27,252 nucleotides of DNA from an uncultured virus (IMG/VR IMGVR_UViG_3300031455_000002) (taxonomy: Duplodnaviria > Heunggongvirae > Uroviricota > Caudoviricetes): IMG/VR virus record IMGVR_UViG_3300031455_000002; one strand, 5' to 3'. Made by a program: the position numbers and the translations under genes. Positions 23,364-27,252 of this stretch are shown here, in pieces. Below the pieces are notes generated by a model. The model was not told the DNA's origin. It saw only the letters and a program-made list of their open reading frames with translations, and ran no database searches. Each line of letters starts with the position of its first letter. Position 1 is the stretch's first letter.

Positions 23364-25397
23364 TCACTCGATCCGGCATCTTTTCCGCCCTTCGCGAGCG
23401 CCTCCTGTCTCCGGCGCGTCACGCATCCGCTCGCCGAAGACGTAGATGAGTGTCTCCTTGAACTCGCTCACGGCAGCCAGGGTCCGATTGCGCCGTGCTA
23501 TCTGATGTAGCTCCACCGGCTTGTCCTCGCTCTTGTCCCTCAGGGCGAGCGCAGCCAGGTCGACGGCTCCCCCAAGTGAGCACGTCTCGTACCTCTCCGA
23601 GAGACGCGCGGCGGTGACCTTGTAGAAGTCTCGGCGTGCCGCGATCGCCGCTCGAGTGGCGCCCTCGGCAACTTGCTCGAGGTGCGTGTCCTTGAGCCGC
23701 CAGGTCTCGAGCCAGCAGGCGAACCGTTGCTCTGATGACACTCCGTGTTCCGACGCCCACTGCTCGAACGTCTCGAACGACACGAACTTCTCTTTCCTGT
23801 TTTCTCTCCAGTCGTGCCACGTTTTGAGCGTAGTGTCATTCGCCAGGACGTTGCTCACACGCCTGAGCGGCTCATGTCGCTGCCAGTGTTCGATGTTCTT
23901 GCACATCTCCTGGACGTCCGATGGCATCTTGTCCAGTTGCTTGACGAGCTCGGCGCGAGCGGTGTTGAAGTGGATGTCAGCGTAGTGCCTCAAGCTCGCT
24001 GCGTAGCGAAGACGCGCAGGGATACTGTCTCGCCTCTGCTGGTGCTTCTTGACCCGGCACTGACCAGCGTGCGGAAGCAGCAACGGCTCTCCGTTGATGT
24101 CCGCAACCTCGAGTGTATCTCCACGCTGCGTCCACTTGAGAGACACGTGAACGTGTCCGGTACCGACCGCTCGCTGGATGAGCGGGCTGGTGGGCGTCGC
24201 GGTGAGCTGCACGCTGTACTCCATCTTGCCGCCCAGGCGCTCCTCGGGGACTAGGTAGATCCAGGTGATCTTGGTGTCGTCCGGGATGGGGCGATGCACC
24301 GCGACCTCTACACTGACCCACTCCGAGATCCCGTTCGACTGCGTGATCCGGATCTGCATCGTGGCGAGCCACTTGTGCTCGTTTTTGCTCTCTGGACGCA
24401 GGCGCATATCACGCACCCGGAGATCACGACACTTCCCGGACAGGATAGCTCCCCATGAGATGCCACCTTGTACCTGCCATCCCATTTTGCGCAGCCTGGG
24501 CAAGTCGCGGTCGTGCTTGCTGCGCGCGAACGCAGGACGGATCTTCGGACGACGTGGTTCTCCGTCGGGGCGAGGCTTCGGTTTTTTGCCGGCTTGAATG
24601 ACCGATTCTTTAACAGCCGTGTAGGTACCGTGGTTCAGGTTGTGAGCGCCTTTCATCCAGTTTTGAAGCCAGTACACGACAGCATCGAGGCGCGTCAGAT
24701 CCTTCCAGGCGTCGTGCCAGGGTTCTTCCAACATCTCCGCACGCACGCTTGCGTTGTACTTCTTCTTCGTGTGTGTTTTGCGTGAGTCAGCGTCGAGCTG
24801 ATCCGAATACTTCTCTAGATCAGACTTCGCTTGTTTCGCTGCGGTCTTCGTTTCTCGAGTCGCGCCTTTCTTCGTCGCTTCTTTCAGAGCGGCGTTGGTG
24901 ATTTCGCGGATACGGTTTCGTTCCTTAAGTCGCTTGACGGAGACCCCTCGTGTACGAGCCTCGTACACCAGGCTGGGTTCATCAACGAACGCCGCGAACG
25001 CTTCTCGCATCGGCTTGGCTTGCTCCCCAGCAGCTTTGCGCCACTGCTTCATGATCTCGATGTCGGTGAGCTCCTTCTCGACGTCGACCTTCTTCGTCGG
25101 TGTGGCCTTGCCTCCCTTCGTCTTCGGTGCGCTCGCCTCCTGACGCTTGCCTCGGATCTTGCCTCGAGCGCCGCTGGGTCCGGAGTGATCCCCGATCCAG
25201 TCCGAGAGTTGCTCGTACGCAGTGTCGATCTCGAAGAGACCCGGCACGTAACGAGAACGGATCTCACCGTACGCGCGGCGGCGCCAGCGCTCGATCGCAA
25301 CGAGTGCGTTGAAGAGATGTCCGGCGTCGCGCATCTCGGCGTGGGCTGCGGCGTGACCTTCGATGAACCTGCGGACTCCGAACTTGAATACCATCAT
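23364..25397 (-). CDS. cas12m: Type V CRISPR effector, Cas12m (V-U1)-like, RuvC degenerate and C-terminally truncated
   Basis: VFKFG...FNALVAIER, long coiled coil, LNHGTY, VAVHRPIPDDTKITW, RuvC-I-like HVHVSLKW, WRLKDTHL...RRDFYKVTAARLSERY, RuvC-II-like SLGGAVDL, RRNRTLAAVSEF; adjacent co-oriented array. Confidence 0.8.
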   Translation of the reverse strand: MMVFKFGVRRFIEGHAAAHAEMRDAGHLFNALVAIERWRRRAYGEIRSRYVPGLFEIDTAYEQLSDWIGDHSGPSGARGKIRGKRQEASAPKTKGGKATPTKKVDVEKELTDIEIMKQWRKAAGEQAKPMREAFAAFVDEPSLVYEARTRGVSVKRLKERNRIREITNAALKEATKKGATRETKTAAKQAKSDLEKYSDQLDADSRKTHTKKKYNASVRAEMLEEPWHDAWKDLTRLDAVVYWLQNWMKGAHNLNHGTYTAVKESVIQAGKKPKPRPDGEPRRPKIRPAFARSKHDRDLPRLRKMGWQVQGGISWGAILSGKCRDLRVRDMRLRPESKNEHKWLATMQIRITQSNGISEWVSVEVAVHRPIPDDTKITWIYLVPEERLGGKMEYSVQLTATPTSPLIQRAVGTGHVHVSLKWTQRGDTLEVADINGEPLLLPHAGQCRVKKHQQRRDSIPARLRYAASLRHYADIHFNTARAELVKQLDKMPSDVQEMCKNIEHWQRHEPLRRVSNVLANDTTLKTWHDWRENRKEKFVSFETFEQWASEHGVSSEQRFACWLETWRLKDTHLEQVAEGATRAAIAARRDFYKVTAARLSERYETCSLGGAVDLAALALRDKSEDKPVELHQIARRNRTLAAVSEFKETLIYVFGERMRDAPETGGAREGRKRCRIE

Positions 25398-25525
25398 GGT
25401 TTTGATTCCTTGTCTGGTGGAGGTGTCGGGGGTCGGTAGATAACTCTCTCAACCCGACACTCTAGGATCGTCACATCGAGCCCCTCTGCCCACTTGAGGA
25501 TGCCGCCTTCCGGCTCCTGCTCCAT
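25394..25525 (-). CDS. Short ORF coupled to the effector start
   Basis: MEQEPEGG...KESKP*, stop overlaps the effector ATG. Confidence 0.35.
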   Translation of the reverse strand: MEQEPEGGILKWAEGLDVTILECRVERVIYRPPTPPPDKESKP

Positions 25526-25541
25526 GTAGTGTCGCTCGGTT

Positions 25542-25733
25542 TCACCGTCGCGACTTCCGACTCTCTGCCTCGAGCAAATCGAGTCCTCGGTACAGCGCGA
25601 GGCGGTGTACGTCCGCCCGTGTGACTCGAGCTCCAGGCTCGGATCGTTGCGCGGCGAGCGCATCCATCCGTTCTACGGCTGACCCTGTGATTCGAACTGC
25701 GGTTTGCAGCTCAGTGTCTTTCTTCTTGCTCAT
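25542..25733 (-). CDS. Ribbon-helix-helix-like DNA-binding protein
   Basis: QTAVRITGSAVERMDALA...VTRADVHRLALYRGLDLLE; AAGGA SD. Confidence 0.7.
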   Translation of the reverse strand: MSKKKDTELQTAVRITGSAVERMDALAAQRSEPGARVTRADVHRLALYRGLDLLEAESRKSRR

Positions 25734-26353
25734 CAGTGTGCTTCCTTGTTCTCGAGGCGCGCCATTCTGAGCGCCTCATCAGCAAGCGCCACTAGAAGCT
25801 GCGCCGTGCTAGCTCGCTGGTTCGTCGAGCGCCTCAGTCGCACGGCCGTGTTGAGCAGTGCAACCTCGACCGTGTCTTGGTCGTACCCGGCGCGCTTATA
25901 GACGCTGAGGACACGCACCAGATCCCTGGAGACCGCCTGCACGCGCTGGTAGTCGTCCATGATGTTTTTCGGATCGATAGCGTCTCGAGGAACGAACTCT
26001 GCGATGGGCGATAGCCGCACGACCAGGCGGCAGGCCATGCCGTGGAAGAGCTTCGCAGGCTCGACGTCAGCAGGCAGCTCGGGTGTGTCGTGGAGCACGT
26101 CGCGGATGGCGGCGGCGAGCTCGTGGATGAGGGAGATGGAGGTCATGGGGTTCTTTCTTGCACGTCGCTGCATGCGTCGAATCGATTCGCGGAGCGCGTC
26201 GATGTCCTGACAGTTCACCCCGGCCTTGCGTAGTTCAGTTACCGATAGGATCCCTGCCTCACGGAGAATTGTTTCTGGCCCAGCCTGATACGATACTAAC
26301 CGTGCAGCGGCGTACGCTATCCCACGGATGAATCCTTTCGTTTCAGGGGTCAC
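25733..26353 (-). CDS. Hypothetical protein
   Basis: Probable start GTG 26353 overlapping upstream stop (MTPETKGFIRGIAYAAA...). Confidence 0.6.
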   Translation of the reverse strand: MTPETKGFIRGIAYAAARLVSYQAGPETILREAGILSVTELRKAGVNCQDIDALRESIRRMQRRARKNPMTSISLIHELAAAIRDVLHDTPELPADVEPAKLFHGMACRLVVRLSPIAEFVPRDAIDPKNIMDDYQRVQAVSRDLVRVLSVYKRAGYDQDTVEVALLNTAVRLRRSTNQRASTAQLLVALADEALRMARLENKEAH

Positions 26354-26565
26354 GGACTCATGCTCCCCCGCCCCAGCAGCGACATCAGGCACAACGATAG
26401 AACCTCTTGACCAGATAGCGTCGAGGGGTCGACGCTTTCCACGACGCGGTAGCACAGTCGTCGCTCTTCTTCTCGAGCGGCAGCGATGATCTCTTCCAGC
26501 TTCGAGGCGCAGTGAAACTGAGCGCGACCAGTGTAGTCTTGCATCGCTTTTTGGAGGCGGGTCAT
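26350..26565 (-). CDS. Hypothetical protein
   Basis: 71 aa, start/stop overlaps on both sides. Confidence 0.55.
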   Translation of the reverse strand: MTRLQKAMQDYTGRAQFHCASKLEEIIAAAREEERRLCYRVVESVDPSTLSGQEVLSLCLMSLLGRGSMSP

Positions 26566-26819
26566 GGGTTCTTCCGGTAGGGGTTGTTGTCAGGAGACAT
26601 CCCGTAGGTGTTACTTCCGGCGCGGAACCCTTCGTCCCATGCGTCAGCTTTGCTGGAAGCAAGCTCGCGAACCTCCGCCGCAAGCAATGACACTGCGGCG
26701 ATGACGTGTTCCGCAGCGTAAAAGGCTGCCCCGTCCGGTGCCCCGCAGAGCGATACGTGAGCATTGTCGAGCTCGACCAAGCACGCGGCCAGGTTCCCTC
26801 GTTCCTTCTGAGTTGTCAC
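26562..26819 (-). CDS. Hypothetical protein
   Basis: KADAWDEGFRAG...NPYR, a common small phage protein motif. Confidence 0.65.
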   Translation of the reverse strand: MTTQKERGNLAACLVELDNAHVSLCGAPDGAAFYAAEHVIAAVSLLAAEVRELASSKADAWDEGFRAGSNTYGMSPDNNPYRKNP

Positions 26820-26962
26820 GGCAAGTAACCTTTTTTGGCGACACGTTCAGCCTTGCGCTTGCGCGCGTAGATTGCCTTCGTCTCGCAGTGAGCGCAGGTC
26901 TTCTGCGTGGCGCCGGCTCGGGCTAGGCGGTAGCACGCCAGGTGGCGGGATGAGACCTTCAT
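26816..26962 (-). CDS. 48-aa basic protein
   Basis: Manual translation [29 protein letters not shown]...; ATGA and GTGA overlaps. Confidence 0.5.
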   Translation of the reverse strand: MKVSSRHLACYRLARAGATQKTCAHCETKAIYARKRKAERVAKKGYLP

Positions 26963-27252
26963 GCGCGCTTCAGGTGGCCGTCGACCTGGACCCATCCCGA
27001 AGGGAGCCGGTAGATGTTCGCCCCGGAGAGGTTCGCCCAGGAGAGGTTCGCCCAGGAGAGGTCCGCCCTGGAGAGGTTCGCCCCGGAGAGGTCCGCCCCG
27101 GAGAGGTCCGCCCCGGAGAGGTTCGCCCCGGAGAGGTCCGCCCTGGAGAGGTTCGCCCAGGAGAGGTTCGCCCCGGAGAGGTTCGCCCCGGAGAGGTCCG
27201 CCCCGGAGAGGTTCGCCCAGGAGAGGTTCTCCCCGGAGAGGTTCGCCCCGGA
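26959..27252 (-). CDS. Second pentapeptide repeat protein, 3' end (starts outside window)
   Basis: 15-bp tandem units encoding A(N/D)LS(G/W/R), then [20 protein letters not shown]. Confidence 0.9.
   Translation of the reverse strand, partial: SGANLSGENLSWANLSGADLSGANLSGANLSWANLSRADLSGANLSGADLSGADLSGANLSRADLSWANLSWANLSGANIYRLPSGWVQVDGHLKRA

Noticed and set aside
22740..23445. ORFs crossing the CRISPR array
   Set aside because: Their repeated peptides are translations of the repeats
23364..25397. IS200/IS605 TnpB transposon
   Set aside because: Protein is too long, lacks the TnpB Zn finger, has no tnpA, and is followed by a repeat-spacer array
26354..26764. N-terminal part of the 343-aa ORF
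   Set aside because: Overlaps two better coupled small ORFs; GTG 26353 is the likelier start

Overview
A GC-rich phage or prophage early/replication region with no structural, rRNA or tRNA genes. Left to right it holds a minus-strand recombination module (SF1 helicase start, SSB-like protein, Sak4-like ATPase, ParB-like protein, Cas4/AddB-like exonuclease, DnaQ-like exonuclease, pentapeptide-repeat protein). A divergent plus-strand operon follows (RHH regulator, NDT-like gene, orphan intein/helicase remnant, intein-containing SF2 helicase, HNH, VRR-NUC). Next come a primase-helicase with a candidate origin, a C5 DNA methyltransferase and many small ORFs. Main finds: (1) a stand-alone type V CRISPR module, with a 677-aa Cas12m-like protein (degenerate RuvC, no C-terminal Zn finger/RuvC-III) followed by a leader and a 3-repeat mini-array, and no cas1/cas2 in the window; (2) an intein whose DUF559-like endonuclease is encoded in an overlapping +1 frame; (3) a circularly permuted Cas4-like nuclease; (4) a methyltransferase split across two overlapping frames; (5) a candidate ~75-nt small RNA. 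All family calls come from reading motifs by eye, not from database searches.
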